Origin: Bdellovibrionota bacterium
GTDB lineage: Bacteria > Bdellovibrionota > UBA2428
Assembly (NCBI GenBank): GCA_964202055.1
Contig: CAXNGS010000001.1
Location: 32,186 to 96,185 of the forward strand
Direction: 5' to 3'
Length of the DNA stretch: 64,000 bases
A program made the position numbers and the translations under genes. Below, in pieces: positions 45,335 to 53,926 of this stretch. The first letter of the stretch is position 1; every line of letters starts with the position of its first letter. The notes below the pieces were generated by a model. That model made no database searches. It was given only the letters and a program-made list of their open reading frames with translations, and had not been told where the DNA came from.

Positions 45335-45338
45335 CTGG

Positions 45339-45689
45339 CTATTTTTTAATTAAAATGACTTGATAGGCTCGGCCCGAAAAGGTGGGCCCGGCCGGAACGC
45401 TTTGGCTTTGGGCGACTCCTCCACAATGGCTCTTGGGATCGACTTCCAGCAAAATTCCCACGGCGATCTTGGTGATTTGGCTTTGGCGATCGATTTCATC
45501 ATTTCGCAGAACACCGACCAATCGCTGATTGCAATGGATGTCGAAATTCAGATTGAGTTGAGGCGGGAGAGATTTGCCTTCGTTGAAACTTTTTACCTCA
45601 GCAAATTGCAAAAATTTTTCCGCGGCATGCGCGGAGAATGCCAAGCCAAAGCCAAGAAGGAATATGAAACTACTGAGTAGGTGTGTCAT
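45339..45689 (-). CDS. small secreted protein
   Basis: Signal peptide 'FIFLLGFGLAFSAHA'. Its stop lies 4 nt upstream of the 43454..45334 gene, so the two are likely co-transcribed. Confidence 0.45.
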   Translation of the reverse strand: MTHLLSSFIFLLGFGLAFSAHAAEKFLQFAEVKSFNEGKSLPPQLNLNFDIHCNQRLVGVLRNDEIDRQSQITKIAVGILLEVDPKSHCGGVAQSQSVPAGPTFSGRAYQVILIKK

Positions 45690-45820
45690 GGAGTTAGTTT
45701 AGTGAGGTTGCGCCGAAGAGCAAGACTCTTCGTGATTCATTACGCGCCCGGTCTCGGGGTGGGATTCTCGCTGCGCTCGTCTTGTTTTCAAAATTTTAGA
45801 GCGCTAAAAGAATTTGCAAG

Positions 45821-46987
45821 ATGAAAAATTTAAAACAATTTCCGTTTGTTGCTTTTTTACTTCTTTTGGGAGCCCAGAATTCGCAAGCGTTATCATTTCA
45901 ACCCATCGCCGAAGACCTCAATTTGAATCAACCACTTTTTATGGTGGTGGATCCTGAGCCAGCTAAAAGCAATGCTTTGAAGTCATTTTGGGTCATTGAA
46001 AAAGAGGGAAAAGTTCAGCGAGTGTCGCTAACAAGTAGTGGTGCTTTGACCCGAGAACTTTTGGATATATCAACGGTTCCGGGTTTCACTTCTGATGGCG
46101 AGCAAGGTTTACTCGGCTTGGCGGTAGATCCAAATTTTAAAACAAATAAATTTGTATATTTTTATCAATCACAAGAATTGCCAAACGTCGGTTCGGTTTT
46201 CGAGTCGGGACTATCGTCTTTGATTGTGCGCTATTCTTGGGATGGCGCTCAACAGAGTTTTTTGCCGAGCAGTCGCAGGGTGGTTTTTAGTTTTGATCAA
46301 GAGCCCTATTCCAATCACAAAGGCGGAATGATTGCTTTTGGTCCGGATAATATGCTTTACATCGGAACCGGTGACGGTGGTTCGGGGGGAGATCCTCAAA
46401 ATCACGGCCAAAACAAATCGACTCATCTTGGAAAAATATTGAGAATCGCTTTGCGCAATGGCCAAATGAGCGTGCCCGCCGACAACCCGTTCTTTTCCGA
46501 CAGCAATGCTAAGCCTGAAATTTGGGCTTTGGGTTTGCGCAATCCGTGGCGATTTTCCTTTGATCGACAAACCGGCGATCTTTGGGCGGGCGACGTGGGT
46601 CAAGGTAGTTTTGAAGAAGTTGATTTAATCACTCGCGGTGGAAATTTCGGATGGAAACTTTATGAAGGCAATTCTGAATATGACAATCCGACTCACCGAC
46701 GGCCCCCAGGATATCAAGGCCCAGTTTATGCATATGGCCGACAGCAGGGGTCGACCGTGATCGGTGGTTATGTTTATCGCGGTAAAGTTTTTGCTAAAAT
46801 GGTGGGCAGCTATATTTTTGGCGATTATGGCTCCAGCAAAATTTGGACTCTGCGCCGGAATAATTCAAGTTCGACTCCACTAGTCACTCAAATTGCAACG
46901 GTTTTTGGATTGGTTTCATTTGCGGAAGACACTTCGGGGGAAATTTACGCAGTGTCCATTCAAGGGCAGATTTTCCAACTGCGCTAA
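45821..46987 (+). CDS. PQQ-dependent sugar (glucose/sorbosone) dehydrogenase-family beta-propeller
   Basis: 'NHKGGMIAFGPDNMLYIGTGDGGSGGDPQNHGQNKSTHLGKILRI' and 'GLRNPWRFSFD'. A signal peptide is present. Confidence 0.8.
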   Translation: MKNLKQFPFVAFLLLLGAQNSQALSFQPIAEDLNLNQPLFMVVDPEPAKSNALKSFWVIEKEGKVQRVSLTSSGALTRELLDISTVPGFTSDGEQGLLGLAVDPNFKTNKFVYFYQSQELPNVGSVFESGLSSLIVRYSWDGAQQSFLPSSRRVVFSFDQEPYSNHKGGMIAFGPDNMLYIGTGDGGSGGDPQNHGQNKSTHLGKILRIALRNGQMSVPADNPFFSDSNAKPEIWALGLRNPWRFSFDRQTGDLWAGDVGQGSFEEVDLITRGGNFGWKLYEGNSEYDNPTHRRPPGYQGPVYAYGRQQGSTVIGGYVYRGKVFAKMVGSYIFGDYGSSKIWTLRRNNSSSTPLVTQIATVFGLVSFAEDTSGEIYAVSIQGQIFQLR

Positions 46988-47033
46988 CTTTTTTTGCGAT
47001 GCTTAGGCTAAGCTTTTCTAGGGGTGAGGCTTA

Positions 47034-48062
47034 ATGTTGATCGGAATTTTTTTAGCCTCATTTTTAATTTTTCCGGCTGCTAATGCATTTTCTTCTCACT
47101 TTCTTTCACAAAGCGCCGAGTTACCAAAAACCTTGCAGGACAGCGGGCTTTATCAATCGCAAAACCAGAATGTGGTGGACCCAAAAAATCGGCTATTCGA
47201 AGCCCAGTATCCCTTATGGAGTGATGGAGCTCGTAAGCGCCGATGGGTATATTTGCCTAGTGGCCAGCTGATCAACTCGCAAAACATGAACGACTGGATT
47301 TTTCCGGTGGGCACAAAATTTTGGAAAGAATTTTCTTTTGACTTAGCTGATGGTAGCCATCGAAAAATTGAGACTCGCTACATGGAAAAAAAATCCGATG
47401 GATGGATCATGGCGACTTATCTTTGGAATCTTGAGCAAAGTGAAGCCAAGCTTGCGCCCGAGGCCGGAGTCCCAAATTATTATCCCTTAAAACCCGGACA
47501 CCATTACTCGATTCCCAGCCGTAACGATTGTTTGCTTTGTCATTCGGGTGCTCGGGATCCAGTTTTGGGTTTTTCGGCCTTGCAACTTTCAGCACAGCGC
47601 GATCAGCCAGCCTTGAATCCTGAATCTATAAACTTAAATAATTTATCAAGTGAAGGTTTACTAAGCACGGTTCCTGATCGGCAGCCGGTGATTCCTGTTC
47701 CGAGCGAGCAGGCAAGGAATGCGATTGGATATCTATATGGAAATTGCATGAGTTGTCATCGAGCCCGCGGCACCGCCGGATTCACCGGCTTCCATTCCGA
47801 CATTGATGTGGGAATGACTGAGTATCAAAGACTTGCCCTTTATCGAAGTGCGGTGGGTCGTCGATCGACTTTCCGAATTCCAGGCTATGAAAACGCGAGT
47901 TATCGTATTTTGGCAGGTCACCCGGAGCAAAGCGCGGTTTTGTTCCGACTAAAAAATGAATCTCCTCAAATGCAGATGCCCCCCATTGGCCGCAGTTTTC
48001 ATGACAGTTTTGCTGCTGGCTTGATCGAAGATTGGATTCAATCGGGGCTCAATATTAAATGA
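47034..48062 (+). CDS. secreted di-heme c-type cytochrome-like protein
   Basis: Two CXXCH motifs: CLLCH (47529-47543) and CMSCH (47745-47759). A signal peptide and a 'LWSDGARKRRW' motif are present. Confidence 0.6.
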   Translation: MLIGIFLASFLIFPAANAFSSHFLSQSAELPKTLQDSGLYQSQNQNVVDPKNRLFEAQYPLWSDGARKRRWVYLPSGQLINSQNMNDWIFPVGTKFWKEFSFDLADGSHRKIETRYMEKKSDGWIMATYLWNLEQSEAKLAPEAGVPNYYPLKPGHHYSIPSRNDCLLCHSGARDPVLGFSALQLSAQRDQPALNPESINLNNLSSEGLLSTVPDRQPVIPVPSEQARNAIGYLYGNCMSCHRARGTAGFTGFHSDIDVGMTEYQRLALYRSAVGRRSTFRIPGYENASYRILAGHPEQSAVLFRLKNESPQMQMPPIGRSFHDSFAAGLIEDWIQSGLNIK

Positions 48063-48068
48063 AAGTCG

Positions 48069-49199
48069 TTAGTGAACTCGACAGGATTTGAGGGGCAATG
48101 TTTTAAGTTCGCCTCGAAACATTGATTCCGCAGCATGAATTCGAGTGGCTAATTCGCTGATTAAATAAGTTGAGGGGCGACTCGCCTCAAAGAGTTTTCG
48201 GGGATTCAAATGCAAGAATCGAGTTCCACTCTCACCCGCGTGGCAACCATTGCAGGTTTGCATGGCAAAAGATTTGCGCACATCTTCGGGCAAATCTTGA
48301 TTTTTGAGCCACTGAAAGTTTTCATCGGGAATCAAAGATGCAAAACTTAAAAATTGATTGGGAAGATTGTATTGACCATTTCGAATCGCACTTTGATTGT
48401 CCAAAATCCAATTCTTAAGCGGTGAGTTCGAATTCGGATCGTTAAAGATGAGGGCAGGGCTTCGAGGTAAGAACTGTGAACGCAAGAATCCGGTTGAATC
48501 TCGGCTAAAGTTTCGCAATTCCCAATGATGGGTTCCAATCAATTGGTTGCTTCTGACGGAAAGCAAATTTTCCGGCCGAGCCCATATACGAGTCATTTGC
48601 TCGAGTTTTTGCTTGAAGTCTTGATTGTAAGGACTCAGTCCCAAGTCGCGAAGTTTTGAAGCCCATTTCTGGGGGCTGAGTGAATCAGGAAGCCGATATT
48701 CAAAAATGATGGTGAGTGGCATTAGCAATTGTGATTTTGGATTGAAGAGACCAAAAACAAAGCGGCCTTCGCCCGCGGGGTTCAATTGAGTGCGCAGATC
48801 AGGACGATGAATCACGGCTAGCAATCGAAAGGGGGATCTCGATGCTATCAATCGGCCCAGCGAATCCTTGGTCCACAGGTCCTTGATTGTTTGCGGGCGA
48901 GGCTGTGGAGTGTTTTCATTTGAAGGAGTGCTGCGCCATTCTAAAATCCAATCAGTTAGATAGTCTTCGAGTATTGTATTGGTAGGTGCCAAAGTTTTCA
49001 GCAAATGGGAAAAGGACCACACTCCATCGTTTTGGCTGCGCAAATCATTCACCACTTCAAGTTCATTAATCATGAGCGAGCGAGAAAATGGACTTTGGCT
49101 CACTGCATTTGCTGCGTTTGCTAGCAACGTGGTGAGGGCGAGTGTTCTTATCAATCTTCTTATAGGACGCCAGAGAAACGTCATATAAATATTTTTCAT
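48069..49199 (-). CDS. secreted protein with one CXXCH motif
   Basis: 'TCNGCHAGESG' near the C-terminus. Signal peptide 'LALTTLLANAANA'. Confidence 0.5.
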   Translation of the reverse strand: MKNIYMTFLWRPIRRLIRTLALTTLLANAANAVSQSPFSRSLMINELEVVNDLRSQNDGVWSFSHLLKTLAPTNTILEDYLTDWILEWRSTPSNENTPQPRPQTIKDLWTKDSLGRLIASRSPFRLLAVIHRPDLRTQLNPAGEGRFVFGLFNPKSQLLMPLTIIFEYRLPDSLSPQKWASKLRDLGLSPYNQDFKQKLEQMTRIWARPENLLSVRSNQLIGTHHWELRNFSRDSTGFLRSQFLPRSPALIFNDPNSNSPLKNWILDNQSAIRNGQYNLPNQFLSFASLIPDENFQWLKNQDLPEDVRKSFAMQTCNGCHAGESGTRFLHLNPRKLFEASRPSTYLISELATRIHAAESMFRGELKTLPLKSCRVH

Positions 49200-49302
49200 T
49201 TGCTTAGAGGATAATTGTGGAAATCTTTGAATGCCATAAAGTAAAGATGATTTATTTCATAGCTGACTCAATAGTGAGTCATGATTCTGGGGGACCTAGC
49301 AA

Positions 49303-50814
49303 ATGAAAATCATAAAAATTTTTTCCAATTCGATCGCAAGCACTTTGATGGGCTCATTGATTTTATCGACCGCCGCGAGTGCTGTAGATTTTACAATTCA
49401 ATTGCAGAGCGTAAGGGTCTCAGGTTCGCGAAGTGCTGGGAAGTTGACTTACACAGCCTTGATTAAAAACTTGGACACTGATGCCTTCAATGGCGACGTG
49501 AGAATCAAAGCCATTTTAATTCCCTCGAATGATGACTCTTCGGGGCGGGTCCAGCAAAAAGGTGTGGTCTTGCCATCGAAAGATGTAAGAATCTCTCTTC
49601 AAGCCGGTGCTTCACAAGTGATCAGCGTTTCAGAAGCCTTGCCAAAGGTTCCCAGTGACAATTATCTTTTGGGTGCGATTGTTAACTCCAACCGAGCGGT
49701 TGAAGAGTCCAACATTGATAATGACTTGAGTGCGGATCTATTGGCTGTCGGTCGAGTGAGTAACAATGTTGCTGGGCCAGAAACCCAAGCCCATGATTGC
49801 TATTCTGATACCGAAAATTTTCAAGTCGATAACACCGTTTCTGGTGCCACCCATAGTTGGAGGCTTTTTTGTCGGGGATCTGCTGAGAATCTTGGTCTCT
49901 TTGCTCTGTTCATGATTGCTGATTTGAAAGCTAAAAAACTTTATATGTCAGATTATGAAAAAGGGGTGGGTTGGATAAACATGGGCACCGATGTCGACGC
50001 CCAAGGTCGCGATGTTCCTTACGATGTTTACTGGCAATCACCGACTTATAAAGATTTAAAAGCTGGTAAATATTATTTATTGAGTCTCGTGAACGCTAGA
50101 GATGCTTTACGTGAAGTCGATCATTCTAATAATTTAGATTTGCGGAAATTTGAAATCAGTCCTGCTTATTTCGTAAACAAAGATGAAGATTGGTACAACT
50201 TCGATGCGGGAGCAGCGGTTCCTCAAACTCGCTTAGTTAATTTTGTAACCGATTTTTCAGAGCAAGCCCGAATCGAGATCAATCCATCATCGATTCCTTC
50301 GTGCATGAGTTTAAAGGACAAGGTTGGAGACTTCAGTGAGGGTAAATTCACCACCGAAGCCACTGTGAATTGTGGTCGATTGCCCTTGGGCCATCATGAA
50401 TTTCAAATTCAAGCCAAGGCGACGTTGAATGGTCGAGAAGAGCACTTAGTGCTGCCCATAGTGGTCAACGTGTTTTCGTCATCCGACAAACCTTCAGTTC
50501 AAATCACAGACCATTTAGATTTGACCGCAGTGAAACCCGGATTGAGTGGCGCTAAATGGTTGGGCTTGAAAAATTCGGGCAATGGCGATGCTTGGTACCG
50601 AGTTTGGTCGAATGATCCGTGGGTTGTGTTGGCGCCTGATTTTCGAGGCGTTAATCGCGTTAAAGCAGGCTCAAGCGTCAGCATTTCGATCATGGCTGAT
50701 TCTCAGCAATTGCCGGTTTCAAAAACCGCAACGGGCACGATTTTGGTTCAGACTAGTGTGAGTGCGGAAATTGTTGAAGTTCCGGTCAACGTGAGAGTAC
50801 AACTGATTCATTGA
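49303..50814 (+). CDS. secreted multi-domain beta-rich protein (CARDB/Ig-like repeats suspected)
   Basis: Signal peptide 'LILSTAASA'. Segments with 'N.DNDLS' / 'VDHSNNLD' recur and resemble the ends of CARDB-type domains. Confidence 0.45.
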   Translation: MKIIKIFSNSIASTLMGSLILSTAASAVDFTIQLQSVRVSGSRSAGKLTYTALIKNLDTDAFNGDVRIKAILIPSNDDSSGRVQQKGVVLPSKDVRISLQAGASQVISVSEALPKVPSDNYLLGAIVNSNRAVEESNIDNDLSADLLAVGRVSNNVAGPETQAHDCYSDTENFQVDNTVSGATHSWRLFCRGSAENLGLFALFMIADLKAKKLYMSDYEKGVGWINMGTDVDAQGRDVPYDVYWQSPTYKDLKAGKYYLLSLVNARDALREVDHSNNLDLRKFEISPAYFVNKDEDWYNFDAGAAVPQTRLVNFVTDFSEQARIEINPSSIPSCMSLKDKVGDFSEGKFTTEATVNCGRLPLGHHEFQIQAKATLNGREEHLVLPIVVNVFSSSDKPSVQITDHLDLTAVKPGLSGAKWLGLKNSGNGDAWYRVWSNDPWVVLAPDFRGVNRVKAGSSVSISIMADSQQLPVSKTATGTILVQTSVSAEIVEVPVNVRVQLIH

Positions 50815-51917
50815 TCATGAATTTTGATTCAGAAATTTTGTGGGGCTGGAATCCTTTTTTCGAATCCTTTTATCTCAAGGAAACGGAATCATTAAAGGAT
50901 CCTTGCCCCTTAAGAGTCGTTTCCGAATTGTCCGGAGTTTATCGAGTTTTTTGTCCGCGATTGAATAAAGAGTTTTTCGCAAAAGTTTCTGGAAAATTGC
51001 GATGGGCTGCCGATGATCGCGAGAGTCTTCCAGTGGTTGGCGATTGGGTTTTTTGTGATTTAGCCGTCGAAAGCAAAGACACTCTTCGCATCGAAGGGGT
51101 ATTGCCGCGAAAATCATTGTTAAAGCGAAAGGCTCCAACCGATCGAGGTGGTAACCAGATTTTTGCTGCCAACGTTGAAGAGGTTTGGATTGTCAGCAGT
51201 CTTGATAACGATTTTAGCGAATCAAGAATGGACCGAATTTTGTCGCTGGTCTCTGAAGGTGGTGCGATTCCTCGCATGGTTTTAAGTAAAATTGATTTGG
51301 TTTCAGCCGAAGATCAATCGAATTGGCTGTTGCGCTTGGCCGATCGTTTTCCTGGCATTCCCGTTCATTGTCTATCGAACTTAGATCCCGAAAGTGTGGC
51401 TGAGCTGCGCAAAAATTTAAAATCAGCTTTGTCATTTGTGGTGGTGGGCTCTTCGGGTGTGGGTAAATCAACTTTGATTAATGGCTTATTAGGCCGTCAT
51501 TATCTAAAAACTCAAGCAGCACGAGAAGACGATTCTAAAGGCCGGCACACCACAACCAATCGCGAGTTGTTGCAGGTTCCGGGGGGCGCCCTCTTGATCG
51601 ACACCCCGGGAGTTCGTGAATGGCAATTGACCGATGACAGCGAAGTTTCTGGTGGCTTTCAAGACGTCGAGGCCTTGGCCGTGAAGTGTCGTTTTTCTGA
51701 TTGCAAGCATGCCAAGGAACCCGGATGCCAAGTGCAGGCAGCGTTGGCTAATGGCAGCCTAGATCACGGGCGATGGAACAGTTACTTAAAGCTCCACCGA
51801 GAAATTCAACATCAATCCCGCAAAGGCAGCAAAGCACTGCAAAGCGAGCAGAAGAAAAAATGGAAAAAAATTCACCAAGAAGTTCGGAAAAAAAATCGGC
51901 GTCCCCGCGAAGACTAA
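50811..51917 (+). CDS. rsgA: ribosome small-subunit-dependent GTPase A
   Basis: 'SKIDL', 'GSSGVGKSTLINGL', 'DTPGVRE' and the zinc knuckle 'CRFSDCKHAKEPGCQV'. Confidence 0.9.
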   Translation: MIMNFDSEILWGWNPFFESFYLKETESLKDPCPLRVVSELSGVYRVFCPRLNKEFFAKVSGKLRWAADDRESLPVVGDWVFCDLAVESKDTLRIEGVLPRKSLLKRKAPTDRGGNQIFAANVEEVWIVSSLDNDFSESRMDRILSLVSEGGAIPRMVLSKIDLVSAEDQSNWLLRLADRFPGIPVHCLSNLDPESVAELRKNLKSALSFVVVGSSGVGKSTLINGLLGRHYLKTQAAREDDSKGRHTTTNRELLQVPGGALLIDTPGVREWQLTDDSEVSGGFQDVEALAVKCRFSDCKHAKEPGCQVQAALANGSLDHGRWNSYLKLHREIQHQSRKGSKALQSEQKKKWKKIHQEVRKKNRRPRED

Positions 51918-52132
51918 GCGTTGATTGCGCGATGATTGCTAGATACGGTCAAGACCCCATAAAAGCCTTATTTTTCAGCTTAACTCGTCCTTGAAAGGCT
52001 GCTCCGCTGATTTGGCGAACAACTTTAAAGCTTAATTTGGTGTTGCTCTTAAATATCGAGATACTGATTCGGTCTTAAGGAGTGCCCGTTTGTTGGATGT
52101 CGTAAGCTCCTTGGTCCAAATCAAAGGATCCA

Positions 52133-52345
52133 ATGTTTTTAAGTAAAAAGTCCCAACAAATTCTTAAGTCGATTTGCGAGATGGAAATGCCATGGAATCA
52201 AAGATGCCGCCAAATGCTTGCGGTGGTTGCCAAGGATCGCTCTAATTCAAAAAATTCGGGTAGTGATTTTAAGCTCCCCATTCGAGTAAAACCTCGTAGT
52301 AAGCGCAATGACAATTTGCCTTCAACTGAGCTTGGATTAAAATAA
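52133..52345 (+). CDS. small hypothetical ORF (weak)
   Basis: This is the only ORF in a 435-nt gap. 'FKLPIRVKPRSKRNDN' faintly resembles the DUF167 core, but the ORF ends right after it. Confidence 0.2.
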   Translation: MFLSKKSQQILKSICEMEMPWNQRCRQMLAVVAKDRSNSKNSGSDFKLPIRVKPRSKRNDNLPSTELGLK

Positions 52346-52352
52346 TAAAATA

Positions 52353-52940
52353 TTGAGTTTATCTAGTGTTCGAGTGATTCGACCGAATGAATGGCAAAGC
52401 TTTCCATGGCTAAATGGTCGGGGAACAACTTCCCAAATCATCATTGAACCTGCAGAGGCTAATTTTTCAGACTTAGATTTTGATTGGCGACTCAGTTCGG
52501 CTCCGATTTTTGAAAGTGGAAATTTTTCACGGTTTCCTGATCATCATAGGATGCTGACTCTGATTGAAGGGAAGGGCCTGGAGCTGCAAAAGCCAGACTC
52601 TTCGATTCGTAAATTGAAAATCGGCGATTTTTTTGAATTTTCTGGTGAAGAAGATATTTTCGCCAGCCCAGTGCAAGGCCCAATTCGTGATTTGAATTTC
52701 ATTTATAAAAAAGATTTTTTGAAACCTAGTTATTCATGGGAACCCTCTATTCCAAATTTAAAATCAAGGCAGTTCTCAAGCGAAAACCATCACCTGATTT
52801 ATTTGATTTCTGGGAAGCTTAATCACACTACTGGAACGGTGGCCGAGGCGGGGGATACAATTTGCATTTCCCCCACCACGGATTCAAAATATTTAAATTG
52901 GAAATCGGAAGCAGCAAGTTTTATTCGAATTAGTTTTTAA
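52353..52940 (+). CDS. HutD-family protein
   Basis: 'WQSFPWLNGRGTTSQIII' is the N-terminal HutD/Ves signature. 195 aa, TTG start. Confidence 0.6.
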   Translation: MSLSSVRVIRPNEWQSFPWLNGRGTTSQIIIEPAEANFSDLDFDWRLSSAPIFESGNFSRFPDHHRMLTLIEGKGLELQKPDSSIRKLKIGDFFEFSGEEDIFASPVQGPIRDLNFIYKKDFLKPSYSWEPSIPNLKSRQFSSENHHLIYLISGKLNHTTGTVAEAGDTICISPTTDSKYLNWKSEAASFIRISF

Positions 52941-52947
52941 TAAACGA

Positions 52948-53685
52948 TTAGGTTTTATTTTCTTTTTTGCTACGAATACAAACCGCGGGGATTCCGCCCC
53001 AAAGTTCGCCGCCGGGAATTTTCATTTTCGGAGCGATAAAGGAATTGGGCATGATTGTGGATCCCTCGCCGATTTCCACGCCACCTAAAAGAGTTGCTTT
53101 CAACCCAACGGTGGCCCCTTTGCGGATCACAATCGGCGATCGAATTAAAAATCCTGCAACGCCATAATGCGCGGCGAGGGTGGCCGAACCCCCGATGGTT
53201 ACGTAATCTTCCAGCGTGATGAGCCCGGGATCGGAAATGTTGGTCGAATTGATTTGGACGCCACGACCAATCTTCATGCCCATCATTTTATAAAATAAAA
53301 GATTAAAGGGCGATGGCGTGATGAATTGCAGAAACGTGAATCGTACGATGTAAGTTAAATTGTTGTGGGCGTACCAAACAATTGTACCGGGTGCGTGATA
53401 GACGCCGCGACCGGCTTTCACGAATGGTAAAATCAACAGATTTACGGCGGGGACTAAAAAAATCAGTACAAATCCATAAACAAAATAAGCCAACACAGCG
53501 GCAATTCCTGAAACGATCCATCTCAAAATTTCTGATTCTGGAGAAACCCACTCAAAACGAGCACTAAAAAATGCCAGGGCCGGAGCCACCGCAATTCCCA
53601 TGATTACAAAGCTCAATGCGTAAAGCGGAAGAATCAAACCAAGTTGACTTAGATTGGGAAATTTTTTCAGGAGGGCTGCGAACAT
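52948..53685 (-). CDS. membrane-anchored hexapeptide-repeat (LbH) acyltransferase-like protein
   Basis: The N-terminal half has 3-4 TM helices. The C-terminal half has imperfect hexapeptide repeats ('IGRGVQINSTNISDPGLITLEDYVTIGGSATL...IRKGATVGLKATLLGGVEIGEGSTI'). Confidence 0.6.
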   Translation of the reverse strand: MFAALLKKFPNLSQLGLILPLYALSFVIMGIAVAPALAFFSARFEWVSPESEILRWIVSGIAAVLAYFVYGFVLIFLVPAVNLLILPFVKAGRGVYHAPGTIVWYAHNNLTYIVRFTFLQFITPSPFNLLFYKMMGMKIGRGVQINSTNISDPGLITLEDYVTIGGSATLAAHYGVAGFLIRSPIVIRKGATVGLKATLLGGVEIGEGSTIMPNSFIAPKMKIPGGELWGGIPAVCIRSKKENKT

Positions 53686-53926
53686 TTTTTTGATCCTCGT
53701 CGTCGATTCATTTTAATTGCATTCTAACGTTTGCATTCTAAAGGCAGAGTGTCTGATGCCTCTTTACCTAAAGTTCAAACAACTGAATAGGTTAGCAAAT
53801 GAAGCGGCGCAACAAGAATGACTAAATTTCAAAACAACGCGCTGCGTGATTAATTTCTGGCACCTCAATGCCGAAAACAAGATGTGAGCGAATTGAATTC
53901 ATTTCTGTATTCATTCCGGCATTTAA

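Noticed and set aside
47001-47013. GCTTAGgCTAAGC palindrome after the PQQ dehydrogenase gene, considered as a terminator.
   Set aside because: A 1-nt loop cannot form a stable hairpin, so at best it would be a very weak 5-bp stem.
52133-52345. Possible DUF167 (YggU-like) pseudogene.
   Set aside because: The resemblance covers only ~15 residues, which I cannot support without a profile search. I kept it as a low-confidence ORF.
53858-53871. TGGCAC-ctcaa-TGC upstream of the MotB-like operon, which looked like a sigma54 promoter.
   Set aside because: The spacing is GG-N9-GC rather than the strictly required GG-N10-GC, and the -12 element is poor.
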